DNA from: Cyanophyceae cyanobacterium
Lineage (GTDB): Bacteria; Cyanobacteriota; Cyanobacteriia; Cyanobacteriales; Laspinemataceae
Length of the DNA: 64,000 nucleotides
Assembly (NCBI GenBank): GCA_038321985.1
Contig: JBBQFN010000015.1
Coordinates: 32,001 to 96,000, forward strand
Direction of reading: 5' to 3'
Below are positions 52,504 through 63,967 of the stretch, one piece after another. Each line of letters opens with the position of its first letter. Position 1 is the first letter of the stretch. The notes under the pieces are model-generated. The model made no database searches. It had not been told where the DNA came from and saw only the letters and a list, made by a program, of their open reading frames with translations. Both the position numbers and the translations under genes were made by a program.

Positions 52504-54357
52504 ATGAGCTATTGTCTCAATCCCCACTGTCAAAATCCCCAAAATCCAGATGTTATCAAGTTTTGTCAAAGTTGTGGTACCGAGTTACAACTCAACGATC
52601 GCTATCGAGCAATTTCCCTACTCGGTGAAGGGGGTTTTGGCCGCACTTTCATCGCAGAAGATGCCGATCGCTTAAATGCCACCTGTGTGATCAAACAGTT
52701 TTTACCTTTACCCCAGGTTCAGCAAAATGCTGGCTTATTGGAAACGGCGACTAAAATGTTCACCCAGGAAGCAGAACGACTTTTACAACTGGGGGACCAT
52801 CCCCAGATTCCCACCTTATTTGCTGATTTTGCCATAGACGGTCGGCTGTATTTGGTGCAACAGTTTATCAATGGGAAAACGTTATTACAAGAATTAGATG
52901 AAAATGGACCCTTTTCTAGCGATAAAATTAAACATTTATTATTAGATTTGTTGCCAGTTTTAGAATATATTCATAATCGGGATGTAGTCCACCGAGATAT
53001 TAAGCCTGAGAATATTTTAAGACAAAAATCCGATGGAAAATATGTATTAATTGATTTTGGGGTTGCCAAACAACTCAGTAGTAATGTTCTAGTTAAAACG
53101 GGAACAAAAATCGGGACCGAAGGCTATGCACCCATTGAACAACTGCGGGGAGGAAAAGCGTATCCTGCCAGTGATTTGTACAGTTTGGGGGTGACTTGTA
53201 TTCATTTAATGACCGATACAAATCCCGATGAATTGTACGATCCCATGGAGGGTCGCTGGTTGTGGCGAGAAGAATTAGTTAAAAAAGGGATGACGCTCGA
53301 TCGCCGCTTAGAAAAAGTGATTGATAAGATGGTGCAGGAGTGGGTTAACGATCGCTACGGGAGTGCAAGAGGGGCACTAACCGAACTGTATTGGTCTCCA
53401 CCCCAAGGGTTTATGTCCAACTCTCCAAACGCGACAACCCCGAGTATCTCCTCGATTCCGAAGACTTGGAAATGTATTCATACCCTGACAGGACATACGA
53501 ATTATGCGATCGCTGTGGCCATTAGTCCCGATGGCCAAACCTTAGCCAGTTGTAGCTATGATAAAACAATTAAAGTATGGCATTTAGAAACCGGGAATGC
53601 GATCGGAACCTTAACTGCCCATACGGGTTGGGTGAGTTGTCTTGCCATCACTCCCGACGGACAAATTCTCGTCAGCGGCAGTTTGGATAATACCCTGAAG
53701 CTGTGGGACCTCGGCAGTGGGAACTTATTACAAACCTGGGATGGATTGAATGCCTATCCCCTGTCCATTGCCATCAGTCCCGATGGTGGGATACTGGCAG
53801 CAGGTTGTTTTGACAGCACGGTGAAGTTGTGGGACCTGACAACGGGCATGGCAGTCGGGACCCTAACGGGACATAAGGGTTATGTGGAAAGCGTGGCGAT
53901 CGCACCGGACGGTAAAACCCTTGCCAGTGGAGGGGGATATGATGACCACACCATCAAATTATGGGACTTAAGCAGCGGTATTGAGCAAACTACCCTGAAG
54001 GGACATTTGGCCTCAGTCCGTACAGTTGCCTTTACTCCCGACGGCCAACAGTTAGTCAGTGGCAGTGAAGACAAAACCGTGAAACTGTGGGACTTAGAGA
54101 CCCACAAAGCCACCTATAGCTTGCAGACCCTGAAGGATTGGGTACAAGCGGTCGCCATTAGTCCCGATGGCGAAATCCTAGCCAGTGGCAGTCGAGATCG
54201 CCTGATTAGATTGTTCCATCTCAGGACGGGACAAGATCTGTGTACCCTAAAATGGCATTCTGGACCTATTACCTCCCTCGCCTTTAGTCCAGAGGGCAAT
54301 AAATTAGTGAGTAGCAGTTGGGATAATACAATTAAAATTTGGCAAGCTGTCTTGTGA
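52504..54357 (+). CDS. Ser/Thr kinase with 4-Cys prefix and WD40 propeller
   Basis: GEGGFG, HRDIKPEN and DFG motifs; seven WD repeats. Confidence 0.92.
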   Translation: MSYCLNPHCQNPQNPDVIKFCQSCGTELQLNDRYRAISLLGEGGFGRTFIAEDADRLNATCVIKQFLPLPQVQQNAGLLETATKMFTQEAERLLQLGDHPQIPTLFADFAIDGRLYLVQQFINGKTLLQELDENGPFSSDKIKHLLLDLLPVLEYIHNRDVVHRDIKPENILRQKSDGKYVLIDFGVAKQLSSNVLVKTGTKIGTEGYAPIEQLRGGKAYPASDLYSLGVTCIHLMTDTNPDELYDPMEGRWLWREELVKKGMTLDRRLEKVIDKMVQEWVNDRYGSARGALTELYWSPPQGFMSNSPNATTPSISSIPKTWKCIHTLTGHTNYAIAVAISPDGQTLASCSYDKTIKVWHLETGNAIGTLTAHTGWVSCLAITPDGQILVSGSLDNTLKLWDLGSGNLLQTWDGLNAYPLSIAISPDGGILAAGCFDSTVKLWDLTTGMAVGTLTGHKGYVESVAIAPDGKTLASGGGYDDHTIKLWDLSSGIEQTTLKGHLASVRTVAFTPDGQQLVSGSEDKTVKLWDLETHKATYSLQTLKDWVQAVAISPDGEILASGSRDRLIRLFHLRTGQDLCTLKWHSGPITSLAFSPEGNKLVSSSWDNTIKIWQAVL

Positions 54358-54556
54358 AGGGAAAACCCAACATAAAAGACGCAATCCACAACAAGGGTCT
54401 GATTTAGACCAAACCGATTACATTCCCCGGTATGGGGCGTCTGCAATCCTAATCGTTCTGGAAAATCCGCCCGGATTGACCCCTTGTGTAAAAGCGCCGA
54501 AACCAAAATTTTGGTAAAGACTGATTATAATAACTAACTTCTGAGTGTTTGCTGGT

Positions 54557-56449
54557 ATGACTTATTGTGTGAATCCTGCTTGCCCAAATCCGCAAAACCC
54601 CCCGAATATCACGACTTGTCTCAATTGTGGCTCGAATTTGGAGCTGAAAAAGCGCTACCGTGCCATTCAACTGCTGGGAGAAGGGGGCATGGAACGTAGC
54701 TTCTTGACGGTGGATCAAGAGAACCGGGACAATTACTGCATTATTAAGCAACTACTGCCCGTAGAAAGTGGGTTAGAAGAGTCCCTCAATAATACCACCC
54801 TGGAAAAGGCTCTTGAAGTCTTTACTCACGATGCTCAACGACGGCAAGGGTTAGGAGATCATGGGCAGATTGCCAAGTTATTAGATTATTTTGAGCAAGA
54901 TAAACGCCTCTATCTGGTAGTCGAGTTTATTGACGGCCAAAGTTTGCTTGAAGAAAGCGAACAACAGGGTCCCTTCCGGGAAACCCAAATTTGGGAACTG
55001 TTTGATCGCTTATTACCCGGGCTGAAAATCATTCATGATCGTAATATCATTCACCGAGATATCAAACCCGAGAATATTCACCGCCGCCATAACGGGGAAT
55101 TAGTCCTTACGAATTTCGGGGTCTCTAAACATTTAGCAACCCTGGGACTCGCCCGAACCGGGAGCACCATTGGCACCGAAGGGTATGCACCCCCAGAACA
55201 AATCCGGGGGGGACTCGCCTATCCAGCCAGCGATTTGTATAGTTTAGGGGTCACCTGTATTCAACTGTTAACCGGCGAGTGGGTGGATGAGTTGTACGAC
55301 CCCTTAGAAGGGAGATGGATCTGGAGAGAACGACTCCGGAAACGGGGTACTGATGTGAGTGACGGTTTGACCCAAATCCTAAGCAAACTGATACAAGACC
55401 GGGTAAACGAACGGTATCAATCGGTAACTGAACTGCTGGAAGACTTGCATTCTCTGCGACCTAACTTTCTGACTCAGCCAGAGGGGAACCTGGTCCGGGC
55501 CACCTCAGCGGCAAGTCCACCGACAACTCCACCCCGCCCGGATCCGAGTGCCTGGAGATGCGTCAGGACCCTAAAAGGTCATCAAGGGTGGGTATGGGCG
55601 ATCGCATTTAGTCCCGATGGCGCAACCTTAGCCAGTAGCAGTGCGGACCAAACCGTGATTTTGTGGAATCCGACCACCGGCGATCGCCTCCGTACCCTAG
55701 AGGGTCATTCCGATTTAGTCCTCTCCGTCGCCTTTAGTCCTCAATCCCCTCTGTTGGCAAGTAGCAGTCGCGATAAAAGCATCATCATCTGGAACAGCGA
55801 AACCGGGGAACGCCTTCGTAACCTACGGGGTTGGTTTTCCGGCCATTCTGAATTAGTAGACGCCGTTGCCTTCAGTCCCAATGGTTCCATGCTGGCTTCG
55901 GGAAGTTGGGACCGAAAAATCATTTTATGGAACCCCTACACCGGCAAGGCCATCCGTAAGCTGAGGGGCCACTCAAGCTGGGTCTATTCCCTAGCCTTTA
56001 GTCCCGATGGCATTACCCTGGCTTCTGGCAGTCGCGACACCACCCTGATGCTGTGGAATGTCCACACGGGCCAGCAATTTTTTACCCTTTACGGAGATGC
56101 GGGGCTGGTAAATGCCGTCGCATTTAGTCCCAATGGTAAAACCATCGTCAGCGGCAATTTTGACGGCACCCTTGTGCTGTGGGATGTGGGCCGAGGGGAG
56201 CAAATCACCCGTTTACCGGGACATTCAGAACGGGTCAATGCTTTAGCTTTTAGTCCCGATGGCAGATTGTTAGCCAGTGGCAGCCGGGATCAGACGGTGA
56301 TTATCTGGGATATCCGTCACCGCAAGCCAATTTGTACCCTTACTGACCATTGCGATCGCGTCTTTGCTGTCGCCTTCAGTCCCGATAGCAAAACCCTCGC
56401 CACTGCCGCAGGGGATGAAACCGTGAAGTTATGGCAAGCACCAGGATAG
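54557..56449 (+). CDS. Ser/Thr kinase-like protein (probable pseudokinase) with WD40 propeller
   Basis: HRDIKPEN is retained, but the G-loop reads GEGGME and DFG reads NFG; seven WD repeats. Confidence 0.88.
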   Translation: MTYCVNPACPNPQNPPNITTCLNCGSNLELKKRYRAIQLLGEGGMERSFLTVDQENRDNYCIIKQLLPVESGLEESLNNTTLEKALEVFTHDAQRRQGLGDHGQIAKLLDYFEQDKRLYLVVEFIDGQSLLEESEQQGPFRETQIWELFDRLLPGLKIIHDRNIIHRDIKPENIHRRHNGELVLTNFGVSKHLATLGLARTGSTIGTEGYAPPEQIRGGLAYPASDLYSLGVTCIQLLTGEWVDELYDPLEGRWIWRERLRKRGTDVSDGLTQILSKLIQDRVNERYQSVTELLEDLHSLRPNFLTQPEGNLVRATSAASPPTTPPRPDPSAWRCVRTLKGHQGWVWAIAFSPDGATLASSSADQTVILWNPTTGDRLRTLEGHSDLVLSVAFSPQSPLLASSSRDKSIIIWNSETGERLRNLRGWFSGHSELVDAVAFSPNGSMLASGSWDRKIILWNPYTGKAIRKLRGHSSWVYSLAFSPDGITLASGSRDTTLMLWNVHTGQQFFTLYGDAGLVNAVAFSPNGKTIVSGNFDGTLVLWDVGRGEQITRLPGHSERVNALAFSPDGRLLASGSRDQTVIIWDIRHRKPICTLTDHCDRVFAVAFSPDSKTLATAAGDETVKLWQAPG

Positions 56450-56492
56450 GGGAGTTTCCGATTCACCACTTGCTGTGGTTTCCCGATTCACC

Positions 56493-59400
56493 CTACTCTA
56501 TGTCCTGCAAAATTGAGCGGATGGAGTTGAGATAGGGAACAGTAATGTATTGGAAAGGGGTCGGATCCGGGAATGGCGGTACATTTCCCGTGCCATTGGT
56601 TGGGGGTAGGGAATACGCCACGGCGGGAAATCCAGCAGAATTGAGGGCGGTGACCACATTATGGCAATCTTGGACCCAGAAATTCGGTCCGCAGATCGCG
56701 GCGGCGCGATATTGAGTGCCAGGTTTGATCACGATCGCGATCGCCGGGACGGTTGCTTTAGTTTTGTCGGCTGAGTGTTCTTCCAGAATCACTTTGAGGC
56801 GATCGAGGACGTCCGGCGCATTGATGCGACTGGTGGTCAGTTCTAGCAAAATCATCTCCGTTATCCTCGGTAGAACCGAGTTACCCACGGGCTTTAATTC
56901 CTCAAATTTCAAGACTCTGGCTTCCTCCACAATCACCTGAGTGCGATCGTCTTTGCGATCGACTTTCCCGCTGACTAGAATCGGCGTATCCGCAATCAGC
57001 AGTTCGTGGACCTGTTCATAAGTGTCAGGAAAGACCACTGCTTCTGCTTTGCCTTCTATATCTTCCATTTGCAGAAATGCCATACGGCGTTCGTCTTTTT
57101 TGGTGAGAATCTGTTTGATTTCGGTCAACATGACCAGAACGCTAACTTTTGACCGCGATTTCTGTTCATCTAGTTTACCTAGACTCACCAAGGCGATGCC
57201 TAATTGTTCGGCAATTCTTCCGGCATTTTTCAGGGGATGTTCAGATACATAAAATCCCAGCAATTCCTTTTCAAATTGTAGCTTTTCTTCCACGGGAAAA
57301 TCGGCAATATTCGGGGGAACCGGCGCGGATTCAAATGTAGAAGTAGCCGTCATCACCGCGAGTTGGTCAAACAAATTAAGCTGGCCGGTTTCTTGTTCTT
57401 TAGCCCGGTCCTGCGCCCATTTAATCGCCAAAGGCATATATTCAATGGACTGTTTGCGGTTGGAATTTAGACCATCTAAGGCCCCGCATTTAATCAGGGC
57501 TTCTAAGGCGCGACTATTGACTGTATGGAGGTTAATGCGATCGCACAAATCCGCTAAAGATTTAAAGGAACCCTTCCCATCTCGTTCGGTCAAGATACAC
57601 TGAATCGCATTTTCCCCGATATTCTTCACGGCGGACAATCCAAACAGAATGGTTCCCTGTTCTGGATTGGCATCAACTGGAGTAAAATCTACCCCCGACC
57701 GATTAATATCGGGTCCTTGGACGGTGATATTTAATTCTTGACAGTTGGCGATATATTTCTGCACCTTATCCTGGTCACCGCTATTAGAAGTCAGTAGCGC
57801 TGCCATGTATTCGACGGGATAATTCGCCTTAAGATAAGCCGTTTGATAGGTAACGTAACCGTAAGCAGTGGAATGGGATTTATTAAAGCAGTATTCCGCG
57901 AACAAAAGCATCTGATTAAACAATTTTTCGGCAATGGATTTAGAAACTCCATTTTTGGTCGCCCCATCCAAAAAAAGTTCCCGATGTTTGTTCATTTCCT
58001 CAGGTTTCTTTTTCCCCATTGCACGGCGTAACAAATCCGCTTGACCCAAGGAATATCCTCCTAAATCTTGGGCAATTTTCATGATTTGTTCTTGATAAAC
58101 CATTACCGCATAAGTTTCTTGAAGAATTCCCTCTAATAGGGGATGTTCATATTGAATGGCTTCCCGTCCATGTTTGCGATCGATAAATTTAGGAATTAAC
58201 CCGGCATCTAAGGGTCCCGGACGATACAGTGCCAAAATAGAGGAAATATCTTCAATACTGGATGGCTTTAAGTCTTGTACAATCTGTTTCATTCCCGAGG
58301 ATTCTAATTGAAAAACCCCTTCGAGATCCCCTCGTTCTAAAATCTTGTAGGTTTTTTCAATATCTTTAGGTAATTTTTTGACCGTTCCTCGGGCCATTAC
58401 TTCTTGTGCTCTGCGTTCATCTGAGGGAAACTGATAGGGGTCAAAATCGAGATTTTTGGTTTCCTTAATATAGTCGAGGGTTTTCTGAATCATGGTTAAA
58501 TTCTTCAACCCCAAAAAGTCCATTTTTAATAATCCGAGGGATTCTAAATCCTCCATCGGATACTGGGTAATGGTTGCACCGTCGTTATTCTTTTGCAGGG
58601 GAACAATTTCATCTAAGGGGTCGGCAGAAATTACGACTCCAGCGGCATGAACCCCAGAACTTTTGTTGGTTCCTTCAATCCGAAGCGCCATATCCAACCA
58701 CTGTTGAAACTTGACAATGGTGCCATCTTCCCGCAGGATTTGTTCATTTTTAACATAGGCTTCTCGAAATTCTGGGGCCGGGGATTTATCGGAAATCATC
58801 ACGGATAATTTTTCCGGTTTTCCCCGGGACACCGGAATTAATTTTGCCATTTCATCGGATTTTTTGTAGGGAACCCCTAACACCCGGGCGACATCTTTTA
58901 ACACTGCTTTGGAAGTCAGGCGGTTAAACGTAATGATTTGGGCAACCCGGTCTTTCCCATATTTTTCGGTGACATATTGAATCACTTCATCCCGGCGGGA
59001 GATACAAAAATCCGTGTCAATATCCGGCATTGATTTCCGTTCGGGGTTCAAGAAGCGCTCAAAAAGCAGCCCATGATGTACCGGGTCAATATTGGTAATT
59101 TGCATGGCATAGGCCACTAAAGAACCCGCTGCGGACCCTCGACCGGGACCGACGGGAATACCGCGATCGCGAGCATATTTGATGTAATCCCAAACCACTA
59201 AAAAATACGCCGCAAAGCCCATTTTTTGAAGCATTTCTACTTCATAAACCAGTCTATCCCGATAAACTTGGGGGATCTCTTCGTAACTTTTATACTTAAA
59301 TCGTTCTTTCAGTCCTTCCTTGGCGATCCATTCGACATAAGTATTGGGAGTCTCTCCTGGGGGACATTGGAAGTCGGGAATCCGAGGTTCTCCGAGAATG

Positions 59401-60242
59401 TGATAGGTTTCGATTTTGCTGGCGACTTCCAGGGTATTGGCGATCGCCTCTTGAATCACCTCATCGGACAAGTGATCTCTAAACAATAACGCCATTTCTT
59501 CAGCGGATTTCATATACTCAGTTCCGCTATAGCGCATTCGCTTATCTTCGCTAATCAGCTTTCCGGTTTGAATACACAACAGCGCATCATGGGCTTCTAC
59601 GTCATAACAGGAGATAAAATGGGAATCGTTGGTGGCAATTAGTTTAATATTCAGTTCTCGGGCAATTTTCACCAACTCCACATTCACGATTCGGTCTTCT
59701 TGGGACCCATGATCCTGGAGTTCTAAATAATAATCATCCCCGAATAGTTTCTTATACCATTTCGCCACTTTTCGGGCAACATCTAGTTTATTTTGGAGAA
59801 TTGCTTGAGGAATTTCCCCCCCTAGACAAGCACTGGTCACAATTAACCCTTCGTGATATTGTTCTAAGAGTTCTTTGTTAATACAAGGACGGGCAAAAAT
59901 TCCTTTGCCATGAATCCCTTCTAAACTAGAAATTGTGGTTAATTTGACTAAATTTTTATAACCTTTGGTGTTTTTTGCTAAAACAACTTGATGATAGCGA
60001 CGGCAACGGGCTGTTGTGTCTAACGGTTCGTTAATCACATACATTTCATTGCCGATAATCGGTTTAATTCCTTTTCCTCGGCAGACTTTAATCAGTTCGA
60101 TCGCCCCGTACATGACGCCGTGATCCGTCAGGGCGATCGCCGGCATTCCTAACTCGATCGCCTTGTCAATCAGTTTCGGAATCTGACTGGCACCATCGAG
60201 TAGGCTATAATCGGTGTGAACGTGCAGACCAACAAATGACAT
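56493..60242 (-). CDS. dnaE: DNA polymerase III alpha subunit, contiguous and intein-free
   Basis: PHP domain ([12 protein letters not shown]), [26 protein letters not shown] and OB fold all in one 1249-aa ORF. Confidence 0.97.
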   Translation of the reverse strand: MSFVGLHVHTDYSLLDGASQIPKLIDKAIELGMPAIALTDHGVMYGAIELIKVCRGKGIKPIIGNEMYVINEPLDTTARCRRYHQVVLAKNTKGYKNLVKLTTISSLEGIHGKGIFARPCINKELLEQYHEGLIVTSACLGGEIPQAILQNKLDVARKVAKWYKKLFGDDYYLELQDHGSQEDRIVNVELVKIARELNIKLIATNDSHFISCYDVEAHDALLCIQTGKLISEDKRMRYSGTEYMKSAEEMALLFRDHLSDEVIQEAIANTLEVASKIETYHILGEPRIPDFQCPPGETPNTYVEWIAKEGLKERFKYKSYEEIPQVYRDRLVYEVEMLQKMGFAAYFLVVWDYIKYARDRGIPVGPGRGSAAGSLVAYAMQITNIDPVHHGLLFERFLNPERKSMPDIDTDFCISRRDEVIQYVTEKYGKDRVAQIITFNRLTSKAVLKDVARVLGVPYKKSDEMAKLIPVSRGKPEKLSVMISDKSPAPEFREAYVKNEQILREDGTIVKFQQWLDMALRIEGTNKSSGVHAAGVVISADPLDEIVPLQKNNDGATITQYPMEDLESLGLLKMDFLGLKNLTMIQKTLDYIKETKNLDFDPYQFPSDERRAQEVMARGTVKKLPKDIEKTYKILERGDLEGVFQLESSGMKQIVQDLKPSSIEDISSILALYRPGPLDAGLIPKFIDRKHGREAIQYEHPLLEGILQETYAVMVYQEQIMKIAQDLGGYSLGQADLLRRAMGKKKPEEMNKHRELFLDGATKNGVSKSIAEKLFNQMLLFAEYCFNKSHSTAYGYVTYQTAYLKANYPVEYMAALLTSNSGDQDKVQKYIANCQELNITVQGPDINRSGVDFTPVDANPEQGTILFGLSAVKNIGENAIQCILTERDGKGSFKSLADLCDRINLHTVNSRALEALIKCGALDGLNSNRKQSIEYMPLAIKWAQDRAKEQETGQLNLFDQLAVMTATSTFESAPVPPNIADFPVEEKLQFEKELLGFYVSEHPLKNAGRIAEQLGIALVSLGKLDEQKSRSKVSVLVMLTEIKQILTKKDERRMAFLQMEDIEGKAEAVVFPDTYEQVHELLIADTPILVSGKVDRKDDRTQVIVEEARVLKFEELKPVGNSVLPRITEMILLELTTSRINAPDVLDRLKVILEEHSADKTKATVPAIAIVIKPGTQYRAAAICGPNFWVQDCHNVVTALNSAGFPAVAYSLPPTNGTGNVPPFPDPTPFQYITVPYLNSIRSILQDIE

Positions 60243-60419
60243 ATAAATTTACGTTCGAGTTAGGTTTGATGAGGGAATTAATAGAGCTTTGATAGTTGAG
60301 GGATTAAAAATTTATCCCTCTTTTAGGGGACTCTGACTCCTTGCAGAAAATTATGAGCCTGCTCACCGGGGAAGGAGTCAGAGTAACCCGAAATTGCATT
60401 CTTAAAGAGTGGACTCAAG

Positions 60420-61343
60420 TTATCGGAAAGACTGAATTTCTTCCCTTGAACTGTCTTGATTCTGCTGATTTTGGGCCAGGGATACGAAGTTCTGCACCGC
60501 TTTAAAATAGGCTTCTCCAGCAATGGTTGCCACATTATTATGACCCGCCCCCGCTACCAAAAATAGACGTTTCGGTTCTGGGGCAATTTTATAAAGCTGT
60601 TCGCTCATTTCGCTAGGAATTTGCGGGTCATCAGTCCCATGAATGAACAAAATCGGAACCTCTAACTGGCTCATTTTAGCCCGAGAATTAAAGCGATTAG
60701 TCAATAATAAATCAATGGGAAACATCCAAAAATTAAACCGATAATCCACCATTTCTCGCATGGTTGTAAACGAACTTTGAACAATTACCCCAGCGCACTC
60801 AGGTTGGCGAATCGCGAGGTCAACTGCGATCGCCCCCCCGAGAGAATGTCCGTACAAAAATATCTGTTTCGGCGATACACTCCGGTCCTGAATTAAATAA
60901 TTCCACGCCGTTACTGCATCCAGAAACACAGTTTTCTCCGTTGGAAATGACCCTTCCGAGAGTCCATAACCCCGGTAATCAATTAACAAGACGGAGAAAC
61001 CCAGTTGATGAAACCGGGCGGCATGATTGACATTTGCGCCAATATTTACCCCATTACCATGGAGGTACAACAGGACTTGATCGCTGGGTTTTTCTGAGGG
61101 AATCCACCACCCATGAATGCGTTCGACATCCCCCGTTTTCCCACTCACCGGAATCCAGACCTCTTCATAGTCGAGTTGAAGTTCAGCGGGAGTTGTTTCT
61201 ATCGCCGGGTCGGGAAAAAAGATAAACCGATTTTGCCGAAAATAGAGAAACGCACAAGCTCCAAAGTAGGCGATCGCCAAAATCCCGGCAATCAAAAGAG
61301 GTCCTTTTACAGAAGTTGGCAGCCCCATTACATTCATGCCCAT
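60420..61343 (-). CDS. Alpha/beta hydrolase (ABHD/Bem46-like)
   Basis: N-terminal TM; YLHGNG, DYRGYG, GHSLGG, HGTDD and GAGHN motifs. Confidence 0.88.
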   Translation of the reverse strand: MGMNVMGLPTSVKGPLLIAGILAIAYFGACAFLYFRQNRFIFFPDPAIETTPAELQLDYEEVWIPVSGKTGDVERIHGWWIPSEKPSDQVLLYLHGNGVNIGANVNHAARFHQLGFSVLLIDYRGYGLSEGSFPTEKTVFLDAVTAWNYLIQDRSVSPKQIFLYGHSLGGAIAVDLAIRQPECAGVIVQSSFTTMREMVDYRFNFWMFPIDLLLTNRFNSRAKMSQLEVPILFIHGTDDPQIPSEMSEQLYKIAPEPKRLFLVAGAGHNNVATIAGEAYFKAVQNFVSLAQNQQNQDSSREEIQSFR

Positions 61344-61414
61344 CGCAAGGTTAGAGATTTAATTTTAGATGAAAATTAGGAGAGCTGCTCCTAGCCACCC
61401 TAAGCATTTCCCTT

Positions 61415-62872
61415 TTAAATTTGAGGGCGGCGGTTATGCCAATCCGTCGCCTGTTCGTAAGCATAAGCCACTTCAAACAGTAAATCTTCCCGCAATACAT
61501 TGGCAATCATTTGCATTCCAATGGGTAATCCTTGATCGTCAAAACCACAGGGAAGACTCAGCGCCGGTAACCCCGCCAAATTGACCGGAATCGTCATCAA
61601 ATCTGATAAATACATACTCAAGGGGTCAGCGGTCTTTTCCCCTGCCTTAAATGCCGTAGAAGGAGCCGTGGGACAAACCAAAATATCCACTTGAGCAAAA
61701 GCTCGTTCAAAATCTTCCTTAATCAGAGTGCGAACTTTCTGCGCCTTGAGATAATACGCATCATAATACCCCGCCGATAGGGCATAGGTCCCGATCGCAA
61801 TCCGACGCTTCACCTCAGCCCCAAATCCCTGGGCCCGAGTCTTCCCATACATCTCCATCAAACTTTCAGTGTTCTGGGCCCGGAACCCATATTTCACTCC
61901 ATCGTAACGGGCGAGGTTCGCCGAGGCTTCCGAAGGAGCAATAATGTAATAAGTAGGCAACCCATAGCGGAACCGGGGACAAGATACCACTTGAATTTCC
62001 GCCCCTAACTCTTGCAGCACCTCGATCGCCTTGGTGACGGCTCTTTCCACTCCCGCATCTAACCCCTCCCCAAAGGTTTCCTTAACAATCCCGATGCGCC
62101 GCTGACCCTTGGGCTTTAAATTGGGTTTCACGAATTTCATATAGTCGGGGATCGTGACATTCAAACTGGTAGAATCCCTGGGATCATATCCGGCAATATG
62201 CTTGAGCAAAATCGCTGCATCTTCTACGGTGCGCCCAAAGGGTCCGATTTGGTCTAGGGAAGAGGCATACGCCACCAACCCATACCGAGACACTAATCCG
62301 TAGGTGGGTTTCATCCCCACCACCCCGCAGAATGAAGCCGGTTGCCGAATCGAACCCCCGGTATCCGAACCCAGGGCGATCGTGCATTCCCCCGAAGCCA
62401 CCGCCGCGGCTGAACCCCCGGAAGATCCACCGGGAATCCGGCTCAGGTCCCAAGGATTAGAGGTGAGCTGGAAGGCGGAGTTTTCCGTCGAGCTTCCCAT
62501 GGCAAACTCGTCCATATTGGTTTTGCCGACGGTTATCGCTCCTGCCTGGATCAATCGCTCCGTAACCGTAGATTCGTAGGGGGGCACATAGTTTTCCAAC
62601 ATCCGGGATCCGCAAGTGGTGCGAATGCCTTCGGTACACATATTGTCCTTAATCGCGATAGGAATGCCTGCGAGCATACCGATTTCTTCACCGGCAGCGA
62701 TTTTGGCATCCACCCGTTTCGCTTGTTCCAAAGCGTGATCGGGTGTCACGAGTAAGAAGCTCTTTAATTGGGGTTCTAACTTTTCGATCCGCTCTAGGGC
62801 TTCTTTGGTAATTTCTACCGCCGAGCGTTGTTTTCGGATTAGTTGTTTGTGTAACTCGCGGATGGATGCCAT
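61415..62872 (-). CDS. gatA: Glu/Asp-tRNA amidotransferase subunit A
   Basis: [30 protein letters not shown] and [13 protein letters not shown] motifs. Confidence 0.97.
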   Translation of the reverse strand: MASIRELHKQLIRKQRSAVEITKEALERIEKLEPQLKSFLLVTPDHALEQAKRVDAKIAAGEEIGMLAGIPIAIKDNMCTEGIRTTCGSRMLENYVPPYESTVTERLIQAGAITVGKTNMDEFAMGSSTENSAFQLTSNPWDLSRIPGGSSGGSAAAVASGECTIALGSDTGGSIRQPASFCGVVGMKPTYGLVSRYGLVAYASSLDQIGPFGRTVEDAAILLKHIAGYDPRDSTSLNVTIPDYMKFVKPNLKPKGQRRIGIVKETFGEGLDAGVERAVTKAIEVLQELGAEIQVVSCPRFRYGLPTYYIIAPSEASANLARYDGVKYGFRAQNTESLMEMYGKTRAQGFGAEVKRRIAIGTYALSAGYYDAYYLKAQKVRTLIKEDFERAFAQVDILVCPTAPSTAFKAGEKTADPLSMYLSDLMTIPVNLAGLPALSLPCGFDDQGLPIGMQMIANVLREDLLFEVAYAYEQATDWHNRRPQI

Positions 62873-63217
62873 GCTCGTACCTTAGGATTTCAATATTAAT
62901 ATTAAGGTGATCTCAACTCGCCAGAATACCATCAAGTTTGGGGCTTTCAAATCTTTGGCGAAGCCAGGGTCTCTAAACTCATGCTATATCAGAATGAACA
63001 GGCACTCCAAGGAGTTTCTTACTGGAGGAGGCTCTACTTGTGGGAACGCTCCGGGAACGATTTAGCCCGGGATATCCGGAGGCAGTTGGTATGCAGCGCT
63101 CTTTCGGGGGATAGATTCCCACGTGGATAATTTTCTAAGATTGATCCGGGCGAATTTCCGTCAGGGGGGCGATGTCAGGGGAGGGAAGGTCCCGTTATCT
63201 TAAAGGTATCTGATGAT

Positions 63218-63967
63218 TTGCCCTTAACTTCAACCATGACTTTCTCGGTAAAGCGCCCATCGCAGATGGTCAGTTGGATCGCATTAGGGGCGATCGCCAT
63301 CCTTTTGATCCCCCCTAGCCCAATCCGCGCCCTTCCCCCACCCCCGGCGATCGCTAGGGAGGTGACCCTTGCGCAACCGTTGAAATTATGGCTGGATTTG
63401 TCTAGACCCCCCCTGCCACCCCTGGGAGATTCCAGTCGCTACATTCCTTTAACCCGCCGCGATCGCAGCCAAACCCTATACGGTCATTGGCCCTACCCAG
63501 AAGCCCCGGATGGAGAGTTAGTGGCACTGGGAAATGGGGAACGGTTGCATCGTACGGCGGCCCGCCCGTTTCAGGCCATGGTAACCGCAGCCGCAGCCGA
63601 TGGCGTCCAGTTAGTTCCCCTGTCTGGATTTCGCAGTCGCGATGCCCAACATTATGTTTTTTATGCGATCGCCGATCAACGGGGCCAAAGTCTGGAACAA
63701 CGTGCTCGTTTTGCTGCACCTCCAGGCCATAGCGAACACCACACCGGCTATGTTATGGATATCGGGGATGGTTCTGCACCCGCCCATGACCTGCGGATCA
63801 GCTTTGAAAATACCGCTGCTTTTCGCTGGTTAAGGGCGAATGCAGCAACTTTTGGATTTGAACTGTCTTTCCCTGAAAATCATCTTTCAGTTCACTATGA
63901 ACCCTGGCATTGGCGCTGGGTTGGAGATGCTCAAAGCCGCGAGTTATTTGAGCAAACCGGATACTAA
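63218..63967 (+). CDS. D-Ala-D-Ala carboxypeptidase (M15B, VanY-like)
   Basis: SGFRS, APPGHSEHHTG..D and YEPWHWR motifs; N-terminal signal/TM. Start uncertain. Confidence 0.88.
   Translation: MPLTSTMTFSVKRPSQMVSWIALGAIAILLIPPSPIRALPPPPAIAREVTLAQPLKLWLDLSRPPLPPLGDSSRYIPLTRRDRSQTLYGHWPYPEAPDGELVALGNGERLHRTAARPFQAMVTAAAADGVQLVPLSGFRSRDAQHYVFYAIADQRGQSLEQRARFAAPPGHSEHHTGYVMDIGDGSAPAHDLRISFENTAAFRWLRANAATFGFELSFPENHLSVHYEPWHWRWVGDAQSRELFEQTGY

Noticed and set aside
63150..63200. SRP RNA-like TCAGG...GGAAG words
   Set aside because: The conserved AGCAG pairing and long flanking helix are absent.
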